A DNA stretch of 64,000 nucleotides from Eubacteriales bacterium (GTDB lineage Bacteria > Bacillota > Clostridia > Oscillospirales > QAKW01). The stretch covers positions 591-64,590 of the forward strand of contig JAZQAR010000067.1 in assembly GCA_045545315.1 (NCBI GenBank), given 5' to 3'. A program made the translations under genes and the position numbers. The notes below the pieces were generated by a model, which was not told where the DNA came from, did no database searches, and was given only the letters and a program-made list of their open reading frames with translations. Below are positions 15,300 through 24,561 of the stretch, piece after piece; position 1 is the stretch's first letter, and every line of letters begins with the position of its first letter.

Positions 15300-15894
15300 G
15301 CAGTCGGTCCAAGATCACCGCAAGCTCGGCCCGGGTAACAGGGTCGTTAGGGCGGAAGTTTCCGTCCGGGTCCCCCACCATCAGCCCTTGCTCTGCTGCG
15401 GACTCCACGGCTTCCACCGCCCAAGCGGGGATCTGATTCTGATCCTCGAACATAGATTCATCCTCCTTCAATGTAAAATCCTTTGAATCATAGCGCCCCA
15501 CCCGATTGGGGATCCCCAACCATGTGGTGGGATCCAGCACCTCTTCCCCCTGCTGTAATTGATAATGCAGGTGGGTACCGGTCACGTTGCCGCTGGCGCC
15601 CATGGTACCGATGACGGTGGTGCGGGTGACCCGATCTCCGGCCTTGACCCGCACACTCCCCTGCACCAGATGGCAGAAGAGGTGACGGCGACCCTGGCTA
15701 TCGCCAATGGATACGTACTGTCCCCAGCCGGTGGCATCGTAGGCCACCACCCGCACCACACCGTCGCAGGTAGAATAAATATCCCGATTCTCTGCCACCA
15801 GGTCGATGCCCTTATGACCGGCCTTCCAAAGGGCGCCCTGCTGACCGTAGGTGGCGGTCACCGTAAAGGGGCCGCTGACAGGTAGATTGGTCAC
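15292..15894 (-). CDS. Phage endolysin: M23 peptidase domain plus C-terminal SLH cell-wall-binding domain
   Basis: HKGIDLVA...GQYVSIGD...GTHLHYQL is an M23/LytM Zn site. The C-terminus IPAWAVEAVESAAEQGLMVGDPDGNFRPNDPVTRAELAVILDRL is an SLH motif. The start overlaps the holin stop by 4 nt. Confidence 0.85.
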   Translation of the reverse strand: MTNLPVSGPFTVTATYGQQGALWKAGHKGIDLVAENRDIYSTCDGVVRVVAYDATGWGQYVSIGDSQGRRHLFCHLVQGSVRVKAGDRVTRTTVIGTMGASGNVTGTHLHYQLQQGEEVLDPTTWLGIPNRVGRYDSKDFTLKEDESMFEDQNQIPAWAVEAVESAAEQGLMVGDPDGNFRPNDPVTRAELAVILDRLQN

Positions 15895-16145
15895 TCCGCT
15901 GCCCCCGCTTTCAGGTTCTTTAAATACTGATCCGCCTTCAGAGCACTTTGGGTAAAGCTGTTATTCTTCCACCAGGCCCAAAGGGTGCTGATCACCGTGG
16001 CCAGGGCAGAAAGCCCCTGATAAAGTTCTTCATCGCTGAAGGGCAAGGGATTCCACCCCAGCAGGGTCATAATTTGATTGATCAGGCTGACCGCCAAAAA
16101 GGCGGTGCGGATCCAGGTTTCTTTTGAAATTTTCATAATCGACAT
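15891..16145 (-). CDS. Phage holin (SPP1-holin-like)
   Basis: 84 aa with two TM segments and the WWKNNSFT motif I associate with the SPP1 holin family. It lies immediately upstream of the endolysin. Confidence 0.8.
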   Translation of the reverse strand: MSIMKISKETWIRTAFLAVSLINQIMTLLGWNPLPFSDEELYQGLSALATVISTLWAWWKNNSFTQSALKADQYLKNLKAGAAE

Positions 16146-16151
16146 TCTCCT

Positions 16152-16517
16152 TTATATGATCTCCAGGAGCTTCAGTGCATTGATCCCCAGGCCGGAGCAG
16201 AGCAGGAGCAACAGCCCGATCCCCACGAAGCGGAGCAGGGTCTTACCGCCGGCGGTCTCGAAAAAGCCGAAGGGTGGGTGCTCCTCCATCCGATCCAATC
16301 GCTGTTCCTGCCGCTCCAGCAGGGCGGTCATCCGCTCCACCGCACCGGTAAGTTTCACGCAGGCCTTGGTCAGATCGTCCAGCTTTTGCCCCTGATCTTC
16401 GATCCGGCGCTCGGTGAGCTTTTGTACCCGCTCGATGCCCCCGCTCCGCATATTGCAATAATCCCGGGTAATGGGTTGCACCGTTATAAGCCCCGTGCCC
16501 GGTCTTCCAGCTCCCAT
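16152..16517 (-). CDS. XhlA-like lysis-associated membrane protein (coiled coil plus C-terminal TM)
   Basis: A heptad-like region (VQKLTERRIEDQGQKLDDLTKACVKLTGAVERMTALLERQEQRLDRME) is followed by a TM (LLRFVGIGLLLLLCSGLGI). It sits directly before the holin, as xhlA does in PBSX-type cassettes. The start is uncertain; ATG 16451 is an alternative. Confidence 0.6.
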   Translation of the reverse strand: MGAGRPGTGLITVQPITRDYCNMRSGGIERVQKLTERRIEDQGQKLDDLTKACVKLTGAVERMTALLERQEQRLDRMEEHPPFGFFETAGGKTLLRFVGIGLLLLLCSGLGINALKLLEII

Positions 16518-17254
16518 TGACGTTTTAACTGCTGGAGAGCCAGTTTATAGTAATAATCCTTGGCGGCGGCATCGGCGGCTGCGGCGGTTTTGAATTTTTG
16601 CAGATCCAAGGTATCCTCGGCATCCTGCAGTTCCAAAAAGCCATCGCCCATCTGTTGCCCCAATTCCCGATGCAATTCTGCCACCTGCTCCATGGCATCC
16701 TTTTGCACCGCCGCCCGGTCAGCATTGTTTTCTGCCAGGTCGTTCTGCTGATCCAGCAGGGCCCGGTACGCATTGGCCGCCGCCTGATTCAAGGCGGTGG
16801 CGGTGATCACGTCTGCCAGGCCGGTATTTTCCAGACCCCGGGTCAAAAGCCCGCTTTGTGCCAAACGCTGTTGGTTCCAGGCGGAGGAGCGGGCGGCCTG
16901 CTGATTCAGCTCCCCTTGCTGTTCCAGAAGGGCTTTTTGCTGTTCCAGGGCATCCAGTTGCTGCTCCGCTCCCTTTTGGATGGCGTTCAGCTCGCCCCGG
17001 GCGAATTGTTGCGCCAACTGCCGATAAGCATCGTAGCCCTCCGGGGCGCCGGCGCTTATCAAAAGCGTATAACGGGAGCCATCCTCCCCACCGGAATAGC
17101 CCGCACGGGCACGGATCTGCTCGGCTTGGGAATGGGCCGCCCTTTGGGCGGCGGTATCTCCGGCTGCCACCGCGGTCTCATAGGCCAGGGTGGCTTTTTT
17201 TAATTCCTCCTGCTCTGCTTGAGAGAGCAGGAATCGGTCGATATTACTGAGCAT
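16484..17254 (-). CDS. Phage structural protein, Ala/Gln-rich coiled coil (256 aa), function unknown
   Basis: An intact ORF in the structural gene string with low-complexity alpha-helical composition. I recognise no motif. Confidence 0.6.
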   Translation of the reverse strand: MLSNIDRFLLSQAEQEELKKATLAYETAVAAGDTAAQRAAHSQAEQIRARAGYSGGEDGSRYTLLISAGAPEGYDAYRQLAQQFARGELNAIQKGAEQQLDALEQQKALLEQQGELNQQAARSSAWNQQRLAQSGLLTRGLENTGLADVITATALNQAAANAYRALLDQQNDLAENNADRAAVQKDAMEQVAELHRELGQQMGDGFLELQDAEDTLDLQKFKTAAAADAAAKDYYYKLALQQLKRQWELEDRARGL

Positions 17255-17275
17255 TGTTCTTCCTTTCTATTTTAT

Positions 17276-19261
17276 TCATCGGCGTCTTCCTTTGCGATAG
17301 ATCAGCCGCAATCCCCACAGCTTATAATGCGGTACGTCCGGGAACTGCAACCGCACCGCCAGGTGATTGCACCGTCCAAAACGGGTGGCGATAGGGCACC
17401 ATTGTCCCTTGACCCCCTTCCAAAGCCGGAAGGTGCGAGAGGCATATTCCGATCCGTTCCGCAAAAGAGTAAAGGTGCCCTCGGTGTTATCCGGGGCGGT
17501 CAGCAACAGCTCCAACCGATGAAAGATCATGGCAAGACCGCTGTTTTCCTCCAGGGCAGGCGTTTGCCAATAGGCCTCAAACTCCTCCCCTGCTCCTTCG
17601 CTTATACGATATATGGAACCGTTGTAGCATCCCAAATATAAGGCATCCTCGGTGGCCACCACCGCCTGGAAGGGAAGGGGCAGTTCCCACCGCATAAAGC
17701 GGTAGCCCCCTTCCCCATCGGATCGGCCGTCGGTCACCAGCACCGTTTCCTTTAAAAACAGAAGATACAGCCCCTTCCAATTAACGGCGCAAATATCCGA
17801 AAACGTAGCGTTGTTAAAATAGGGCTCCACCGTGCGGCTGCGCAGCACCGTTTCGTTCAGGTTGATCAGCTCGTCGGAGACGGATTTGACGGTATAAATA
17901 CCGCTTTGAGCCATAAAGCAGGGCTCGTTCCCTGCCCAGCCCACCGTATGGCTGTTGATACAACCGTCCACGGAGGCTCCCGCCACCGAGGGGTACGCAT
18001 CCACTTGATAGGGCTCCCCGGCCAGGTTGGAGCCCACCTCCACCAATCGGTGGGAACGGAAAAAGACGTTGGAATCCCGGGGGTCGTTTTTCAATACCGC
18101 CAGCCGTCCGTCCTTTAAGGGGCAATAGCCGGTGATGGGGGTATCCCGATTGCCCAGCTGTTCCCAGGCGGTCTCGTAAAAGCATAAAAGATCCCCCGGT
18201 GCGCTGAAATGGTCGATGCCGGGTGTTTTCTCGCTACCGCCCATAAACAGCACGCTGTTGCCTCCATCGGGGCCGTAAAATCCTATGGCGGTAGCGCCCA
18301 CCAAGGCTTCAGGGTAATCCTTTTGCACCCCGTAGGTCACGGTCAGGTTATCCATTCCGTCAGCGGCAAGGTAAGCAGAGCCGCTCCCCAGGCCGACCAC
18401 CCGATCCTCTTCATCCAAATTCAGCGCTATACCCGCGCTCAGGTTCAGGTCGGCGGTCAGCCGGGTGCCGCTCGGTTCACTTTGAAAGCGATAAGACGGC
18501 ACACAGGCCACCTGGCGCCAAGCACCGCTATGATCCCGCACACGCAGTTCCAAAGGGATCCTTTGATTGATGGCGTTCAGAGGGCAGTTCAGCATCAGGC
18601 TGTTGACGGCGGTATTGTCCAGGTAAAAGCTTTCGGTGCGGAACTGGCTCAAAAGATTATCACCCCGGGGATCCACGTCCCCGCTCCCTTCCGCCGGAAG
18701 CTTGGCCACGGTGGTGTGGGGGACGGTGGCATAGTAATAATCACTTTGCCCGGGGGCATTTCCCCAGTTGACGTCGGTACAGGAGCGAACGGTCTCTCCG
18801 TCGTAGAACAGATAATTCTGTCCATCGCAGAGGAATAGAAACTCCTCTTCGAAGATGCGCCGTTCCCATCCGTTGGCGGTGCCGTCCCCACAATGCCGTT
18901 CTTCTACCCGCTGGTGGCGGAGAACCCCATTGGAGTAGGCACAATTCATTTTGTCGTAGAGAACGGTGCCGGAGGTGGGGGCGTACCGAAAATAAGAGAT
19001 CAGTAGCTCCCCGGCGTGTACGATCAGTTGATTGCCGTAGCAAAAGAGGCCGTAAATCGGTTGACCCACCTCCAAAAACGGGGCACAACCGGGGCGGCGC
19101 CGAAGCGCCTCCCCGTCCCAGATCAGATTCAGGGTATCGGCCGCCCGGCTCCAGGGGCGGTTCACCCCGCACCCGCCGGTATCCAGCCCCATAAACTCCC
19201 GTTCTGTCCGGGTCACCACCGTGCCGCCGCCACCCGTTAATTTATGGATGGGGTAGCTCAT
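17276..19261 (-). CDS. Large phage structural protein (661 aa), probable tail/adsorption component, family not recognised
   Basis: The largest ORF after the capsid genes. It is rich in Gly/Asp/Tyr beta-type segments (…DGRLAVLKND…, …ALYLGCYNGSIYRI…). Its start overlaps the upstream ORF stop by 4 nt. Confidence 0.65.
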   Translation of the reverse strand: MSYPIHKLTGGGGTVVTRTEREFMGLDTGGCGVNRPWSRAADTLNLIWDGEALRRRPGCAPFLEVGQPIYGLFCYGNQLIVHAGELLISYFRYAPTSGTVLYDKMNCAYSNGVLRHQRVEERHCGDGTANGWERRIFEEEFLFLCDGQNYLFYDGETVRSCTDVNWGNAPGQSDYYYATVPHTTVAKLPAEGSGDVDPRGDNLLSQFRTESFYLDNTAVNSLMLNCPLNAINQRIPLELRVRDHSGAWRQVACVPSYRFQSEPSGTRLTADLNLSAGIALNLDEEDRVVGLGSGSAYLAADGMDNLTVTYGVQKDYPEALVGATAIGFYGPDGGNSVLFMGGSEKTPGIDHFSAPGDLLCFYETAWEQLGNRDTPITGYCPLKDGRLAVLKNDPRDSNVFFRSHRLVEVGSNLAGEPYQVDAYPSVAGASVDGCINSHTVGWAGNEPCFMAQSGIYTVKSVSDELINLNETVLRSRTVEPYFNNATFSDICAVNWKGLYLLFLKETVLVTDGRSDGEGGYRFMRWELPLPFQAVVATEDALYLGCYNGSIYRISEGAGEEFEAYWQTPALEENSGLAMIFHRLELLLTAPDNTEGTFTLLRNGSEYASRTFRLWKGVKGQWCPIATRFGRCNHLAVRLQFPDVPHYKLWGLRLIYRKGRRR

Positions 19262-19773
19262 AGCACACCCCCGCCTTCCACGCTGGCGGCGGGGCGATAG
19301 CCCACCGCCGCCGAAAGCTTGGTATTATACTGCTCCATCAGCCGGGTGTAAAGATTGGGATCCTCCCCCATCACGTACAGGGCGGCGCAATAAAAGGGCA
19401 TTGCCGTCAGCAGATCTGCCGGGTAAGGCAGTTCCCGCTCCGGGTCGGTGCGGTGCACCGCCGGGGGCTTGCGGTAATAGATCAGGGTATACTCGCCATC
19501 CTCGGCCAGTACCCTGCCCTCCTCTACCACCAAGGGCATCCGCTTGCCCTGGCGCATCAGTGCCCGAGGCACCAGCACCTGCTCCGGCAGGAGGGCAGAG
19601 CCTTCCTCCACCCTAATCCGACACCGAGCCTGTAGCGGAAAGATCCGGGCAATCTCACAAAGGCCGCTATCCAGGCCATCCAACAGTCGGGCACGGCGAT
19701 CCTCCAACTCGTATTCCACCTCCACGTTATCCAGTAACGCCGAAGCACGGTCAATGATCGTTTGAATATTCAT
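19258..19773 (-). CDS. Phage head-completion / head-tail adaptor candidate (171 aa)
   Basis: Its position is two genes after the major capsid protein. The call rests on size and location only; I recognise no specific motif. Confidence 0.5.
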   Translation of the reverse strand: MNIQTIIDRASALLDNVEVEYELEDRRARLLDGLDSGLCEIARIFPLQARCRIRVEEGSALLPEQVLVPRALMRQGKRMPLVVEEGRVLAEDGEYTLIYYRKPPAVHRTDPERELPYPADLLTAMPFYCAALYVMGEDPNLYTRLMEQYNTKLSAAVGYRPAASVEGGGVL

Positions 19774-19777
19774 TGAC

Positions 19778-20107
19778 TTATTTCAGCTCAATGACAGCAA
19801 TGGAGGAATTATAAGGAGAATAGATCTCGATATAATTCCCCTCTTTCCCGGCCTTCAGATGAGGACCTACCTCCAGGCGGATCACACTGTGAGTGCCTTC
19901 GGGAATTTCGAAGGAAGCTTCCTTACCGCCAAAAACAGTGTTCCCTGCAGAGACGGTCAGGGTACCGCTGGGGACTGCATCCACGATCAGCAGGATCTCA
20001 CCGGAGCCATGCTGTACGGGGATTTTTCCGCCGTTTTCACAATCAACGTAAGCGGGCATTTTTTCAAGGGTGTTCAAGCCCAATACCATAGAGTTTACTT
20101 CAGTCAT
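19778..20107 (-). CDS. Small phage structural protein (109 aa), possibly capsid decoration
   Basis: An all-beta-looking ORF immediately downstream of the capsid gene. The call is by position only. Confidence 0.5.
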   Translation of the reverse strand: MTEVNSMVLGLNTLEKMPAYVDCENGGKIPVQHGSGEILLIVDAVPSGTLTVSAGNTVFGGKEASFEIPEGTHSVIRLEVGPHLKAGKEGNYIEIYSPYNSSIAVIELK

Positions 20108-20126
20108 TCAGATCTTCTCCTTTCCA

Positions 20127-20942
20127 TTACTTATGGGCGCGGATCACGGCCAGTTCCTTAGGACGAACCAGCTTAGCGCCGTAAACGTTCAGACCCTTGA
20201 TGGCATCGGAAAAATATTTTTCCGGGCGGTAGGCCTCGGTCTCGTCGATGGCGCTGGCAAAGGCAATGGCTTTGTTGGTACGCACCATCATATAATCGTC
20301 GGTACCGTCGTTGTACAGATTGTTGCTCAGGATCACTCTGGCGCAATCGTACATCCCTACAACGCCCTTGGCGATCAGCTCGTCGTTATTGGTCTTGATC
20401 TCAGTCAGGGCATCACGGAACAGCTGATAAAAGAAGGGAGAGACGGTGATGGACACCTGGTCGGAAACGTCCACGTCGTTCTCACGCAGGGTGAGCAGAG
20501 CGGCATCCACCAAAGCCTTGGCCTCGGCGGGGGTGGTTACCTGGGTAGATTCGCTGCAGTTAGCGCTGTCCGCCGCGATGGATGCCACGTAATGGTCACG
20601 GGCGGCAGCCATCTTACGGCTGGCCTCCTCCATCACCACGGGCATCAGCTCGGGAACCGCCTGCAGGCGATCCAGGTCGTCCACCATAAAGTTGAAGGCC
20701 TTGGCCTGATCCACGTCCATAAAGACGCTGGTGCCGGCCAGGGTCTGGGGGGTATCCATCCCCTCCTTGCTGTTATAATCGAAGATCTCGGGGGCAACGG
20801 CGCCCAAGATCTTCACCCGGCTGCCCAGCCGGGCTTCGCCTTCGAACTGGCGGTTACAATCCTCCACCAGTTTACACTTCTTTTCCAGCTCGGTCTGAAT
20901 AAAGTGGCTCCAGATGGTGGGTTTGAAATTTGCAAAAGACAT
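20127..20942 (-). CDS. Phage major capsid protein (271 aa)
   Basis: It follows the scaffold gene in the terminase-portal-scaffold-capsid order. Its size and the N-terminus MSFANFKPTIWS... are typical of small major capsid proteins. The fold was not verified. Confidence 0.7.
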   Translation of the reverse strand: MSFANFKPTIWSHFIQTELEKKCKLVEDCNRQFEGEARLGSRVKILGAVAPEIFDYNSKEGMDTPQTLAGTSVFMDVDQAKAFNFMVDDLDRLQAVPELMPVVMEEASRKMAAARDHYVASIAADSANCSESTQVTTPAEAKALVDAALLTLRENDVDVSDQVSITVSPFFYQLFRDALTEIKTNNDELIAKGVVGMYDCARVILSNNLYNDGTDDYMMVRTNKAIAFASAIDETEAYRPEKYFSDAIKGLNVYGAKLVRPKELAVIRAHK

Positions 20943-20946
20943 ATTT

Positions 20947-21513
20947 TTAACTCCTTAATTTAGACAGGGAGGCCAGGGCCTTACGGAATACGTTGGGATC
21001 CTTCAGATCCGCCTCCGTCAGGCGATCCAGCTCCCGGGAGGAATAATACAGCGCGGCTCCTCCTGCCGATTTTGCGCTTGCCATATCTGCGGGAACGGGA
21101 TCAGCCCTGCGGTTCGCCGCCAGCTGGGCTTCATAAGCCACCACCGGATCCACCATACCGCCCGCCATCAATCGGCAATAGAGCTCCCCCACTTCTTTGG
21201 GGCTTTTGGCGGTCAATTCGGGATAAGCGGCCCGCACCTGATCCAGATCCCGCTGAAAGCGGGTCTCCTCCAATAAAGACATGGCCTCCTTTACCAGAGG
21301 ATGCTCCAGAACCTCCCTGCGGAGCTGTTGCTCCCGGGCGTTTTCACGCAGTTCGTTGGCCCGGGCCTCAAGGGCTCTGCGGCGGGCGGCCTGGATGCTT
21401 CGTTCTTCCGGCGGCATCGCGCCGGGTTCGGGGTTGGTTTGGGTGGAGTCCGGCTGATTTTCCGGAGTTTCAGCGGTCTCCACCGGGGTTTCTGTGATTT
21501 CGTTCATGAACAA
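20947..21513 (-). CDS. Phage scaffolding protein (188 aa)
   Basis: An acidic/Pro-rich N-terminus followed by highly charged helical segments (RRRALEARANELRENAREQQLRREV), located between the portal and capsid genes. Confidence 0.65.
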   Translation of the reverse strand: MFMNEITETPVETAETPENQPDSTQTNPEPGAMPPEERSIQAARRRALEARANELRENAREQQLRREVLEHPLVKEAMSLLEETRFQRDLDQVRAAYPELTAKSPKEVGELYCRLMAGGMVDPVVAYEAQLAANRRADPVPADMASAKSAGGAALYYSSRELDRLTEADLKDPNVFRKALASLSKLRS

Positions 21514-21528
21514 ATCTCCTTTCCATTT

Positions 21529-23058
21529 TTACGCTGTCGGTGCGAAGTTTTCGGGATTTTTGCGCTCTTCCCCTGCGATCTCAACGGTTTGACGGGCGGC
21601 TAAGATCTGCCGCAGTTTTTCTTTGGGCACGTTGGAATCCGCATCCAACGCCTCCACGAATTCGCTGAAGCCCAGGTATCCCGCATCCAGCAAATTATGC
21701 AAAGATTGCTCCTGCGCAAATTTGGAATAGGGATTGGCGGGGGAAAGATCCACCCGCACCCGGGGGCTCAGCACCTGTAATAATTTGGCGGGGATGGTGC
21801 CCTCCTTCAGGCTTAGTCCCGCCGGATGATAGGCCCGCAACAGATCGAACCAGATCAGGGCGGTATCCTCGATAAAGCGTGTCAGTTGTGATACGGCGAA
21901 GTTCAGGTTCAGGGTTGCGGTATCCCGGGCAGCCACGATGGCGGCGCCGCTGGCATTTTCCGGGTTGATCTGACCGGTGACCGCATCGCCGGCACCGCAA
22001 AGCTCCCGGGTGGTGTTGATCAGGTTGGTCATAAAGTTATAGGCCATCCCGTTGATGCTTGCGGGCTGAACGTAAGAGATCAGCTCGCCGATATGCACGT
22101 TGGGATCATCCACCGCAATGGAGGCGCCGATCTTTTCGATATCCTCCACGTTCTGGATGCGGGGTGCATTATACACCAGCTTGGGATAAGCAAACCGCTT
22201 GATGGCCACGTCCATCCGTGCCAGGTTCTTGTTAATGGCGATCTGGTTGGGGATCAGGCTTTCCACCACACCCCTGCCCCGGCAATTTTCCTTGCGACGG
22301 CTCCAGATGAAGGGAGCAACGGGATATCGGTGCAGACCCTCCAACACCACCTCCGGCCGATAGATACAGCCCTGGGTGGCCTGCAGGTAACAAACGTTCC
22401 CGTTTCGCTTATAAAACTTCAGGATGGAGGTGCATTTTTGCAGTTCCTCCAGGTTACTTTCCTGAGGCCCCGCCTCGGTATCCGGGCGGATATTGCTGAC
22501 CTCGTCCTCCGGTAGGCCGTTAGCCAAAGCCTCGGCCCGGACGTCCTTGACCCGGCGGCGCTGGACGATCAGCAGGTAGGGCTGATTTTCCAGTTCCTGC
22601 TCCGCTTCATCGGCAAAGATCAGATCCTTGCCGGAGAGCACCTCGCTATGCACCCGCCCCTCCTTCATATAAAAATAAAGGTAGCCGGCGCCGTTGACAC
22701 AGCCATCCTCCACGATCTCCCAGCATTTTTGATCCATCTGATTCTGTTCCCACAGCAAACGGGCATTCTGATTCAAAAGCCGGGCGGCCTCGTTGCCCAG
22801 CCCCTGCAGGGCGGGATGATCGGAAAGATCAAAGCTATAGTGGACCGAAAGGTTATTTTGTGCCACTACCGCCGTTTTATATTTGACGATGGGCTCCAGG
22901 ATATTGAACTGGGGCAGGCGCTCCCCCTCGGTGGGCAGATACCGCCATTGATCCCCTTCGTAAAAGGCCGTGCATTCTTCCACACGGTCGTAAAAGCCGT
23001 TGCGGGTCAGTTGGGAGGCTCCCTCCCGATACTCCCGCCAGATCTGTTCACCGGTCAT
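21529..23058 (-). CDS. Phage portal protein (509 aa)
   Basis: It lies immediately downstream of the large terminase. The size and N-terminus (...CTAFYEGDQWRYLP...PIVKYKTAVVAQNNL) are typical of SPP1-Gp6-type portals. Confidence 0.8.
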   Translation of the reverse strand: MTGEQIWREYREGASQLTRNGFYDRVEECTAFYEGDQWRYLPTEGERLPQFNILEPIVKYKTAVVAQNNLSVHYSFDLSDHPALQGLGNEAARLLNQNARLLWEQNQMDQKCWEIVEDGCVNGAGYLYFYMKEGRVHSEVLSGKDLIFADEAEQELENQPYLLIVQRRRVKDVRAEALANGLPEDEVSNIRPDTEAGPQESNLEELQKCTSILKFYKRNGNVCYLQATQGCIYRPEVVLEGLHRYPVAPFIWSRRKENCRGRGVVESLIPNQIAINKNLARMDVAIKRFAYPKLVYNAPRIQNVEDIEKIGASIAVDDPNVHIGELISYVQPASINGMAYNFMTNLINTTRELCGAGDAVTGQINPENASGAAIVAARDTATLNLNFAVSQLTRFIEDTALIWFDLLRAYHPAGLSLKEGTIPAKLLQVLSPRVRVDLSPANPYSKFAQEQSLHNLLDAGYLGFSEFVEALDADSNVPKEKLRQILAARQTVEIAGEERKNPENFAPTA

Positions 23059-23230
23059 ATTGCTCCTTTCTGCCGGAATAGGCTTCGATCCGCTTTAACA
23101 GGGAATCCTCCTCTTCCGGGCGGGCGCCCATCAGTCTGCCCCGGCGGGAAACGGAAAGACCGTCGGCCAGACCCAGGCGGTAAAGAGCGGCGCCGATGGC
23201 AACGCCGGTCAAGATCCAAATGATGATCAT
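23048..23230 (-). CDS. Small membrane protein (60 aa) between terminase and portal
   Basis: MIIIWILTGVAIGAALYRLGL is a TM segment, followed by a charged tail. The ATG overlaps the terminase stop (ATGA) and the 3' end overlaps the portal start by 11 nt. Confidence 0.45.
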   Translation of the reverse strand: MIIIWILTGVAIGAALYRLGLADGLSVSRRGRLMGARPEEEDSLLKRIEAYSGRKEQYDR

Positions 23231-24561
23231 ATGATCGCTTCCTTTCTGTAGCCCCCCAACAGATCGGGGGCGAATTTTTTCGGTACCGGGGCATTGCCCG
23301 GCACCCCCATCACCAGGTACCTGAGAGCATCCGGTGCGTGGGTCAGCTCGTGGGGGTCGGTCTTGCAATCTCCGGGATGGGCGGGGTCCCATTGCAAGGC
23401 CGGTAAACAGCGGATCAGGTTCAGGCAGGTGGAAAAGATCCGCAGACGGGGGCCCCGCCCGGGGCGGGGGCGGAGCCACTCGTTCAGGGTTGCCCAGCCG
23501 CCACTTCGGTTGGGGCTGACCCTGGTCAGCAGGATCCCGTTTTCCCGGAACAGATCCGCAATGGCACGGCCGCTATCCTTTTGCCGGCTCCACAGATCCG
23601 GCGGTGCATAGTGGGGGCAATCGCCCCCAAAGGCCTCTTTAATCCGGGTGGCAGCCTCCGAGACGATCAGCCCCGGTTCGTAAAGCTCCCGCCAGACGTA
23701 AAAATCGCCCTGCTCGTCCTCGGCCGCAAAGAGCCCCGCCAGCATATCCAGGCCGTAGTCCAAGGCGAAATACTGCCGCCAATGATCGGGGATCTCAAAG
23801 GGCTCTACCACGTGGATACTACGATCCCATTGGGTAAAGAACCGCCCCTCCGTCAGATCCCAATCACCCTCCAGCAAAGCCCGGCGTTCCCGCTCCGGCA
23901 GCCGTTTTAATCGGGAGATATATTGGGGATCCCCCTGCATCAAAAAACGGTTATCCTGTACCCGGGCGGGAATAAAACGGCGGGTGCCCAGGTCGTCACG
24001 GATTGCGGTATCCGCCGGGGCGGGATCCACAAAGCGGCTTTTGACCCATTGGTGCCCTACCCCACCGGGGTTGGTGGTGCTTTTCATCTGCCGGGGAAAG
24101 GGCTTTGCACCCCGCAGGCGGGATTGCAGATACAGGTACATAGACTCGGTAAAATGGGTCAGCTCGTCAAAGCGGATCACGTCGTATTCCGCCGATTGGT
24201 AGCGGTAAACGTCCCGCTCGCTGTCGCAATAGCCAAAGTCCAGCACCGAGCCGTTTTCAAAGTACCCCGTATGGCGGGAGGAGAGGTAGCGGTACACCCC
24301 CCGGGGATAAAGTTCCTCCGCAGAGCGCACCAGGGAGTTTTCCAGTTCCGGTAGCGTGCGACGCAACAGCAGTTGGCGGGAACCGGGGTATTTTAAGGCA
24401 TAATAAAAGGCATCCACCAGCTGCCCGTAGCTTTTGCCGCCCCCGGCTGCACCGCCGAAGAGGATCTCGTCCTCGGTGGCGGTGATGAACCGATGCTGCA
24501 GGGAAGTAATGGTAAAAATACCGTCAGGACCCATCTTCTGCCCCCACGATGCGTATTTCAA
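23227..24561 (-). CDS. Phage terminase large subunit
   Basis: Walker A FGGAAGGGKS and Walker B-like VIRFDELTHF, plus a C-terminal nuclease-like region (ALDYGLDM...). An alternative start is ATG 24534. Confidence 0.9.
   Translation of the reverse strand: MKYASWGQKMGPDGIFTITSLQHRFITATEDEILFGGAAGGGKSYGQLVDAFYYALKYPGSRQLLLRRTLPELENSLVRSAEELYPRGVYRYLSSRHTGYFENGSVLDFGYCDSERDVYRYQSAEYDVIRFDELTHFTESMYLYLQSRLRGAKPFPRQMKSTTNPGGVGHQWVKSRFVDPAPADTAIRDDLGTRRFIPARVQDNRFLMQGDPQYISRLKRLPERERRALLEGDWDLTEGRFFTQWDRSIHVVEPFEIPDHWRQYFALDYGLDMLAGLFAAEDEQGDFYVWRELYEPGLIVSEAATRIKEAFGGDCPHYAPPDLWSRQKDSGRAIADLFRENGILLTRVSPNRSGGWATLNEWLRPRPGRGPRLRIFSTCLNLIRCLPALQWDPAHPGDCKTDPHELTHAPDALRYLVMGVPGNAPVPKKFAPDLLGGYRKEAII

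Noticed and set aside
23048-23479. 143-aa ORF overlapping the 3' end of the terminase gene
   Set aside because: The first 83 codons lie inside the terminase coding region in another frame and are Pro/Gly/Arg-rich. Only the last 60 codons, from ATG 23230, form a plausible TM protein.
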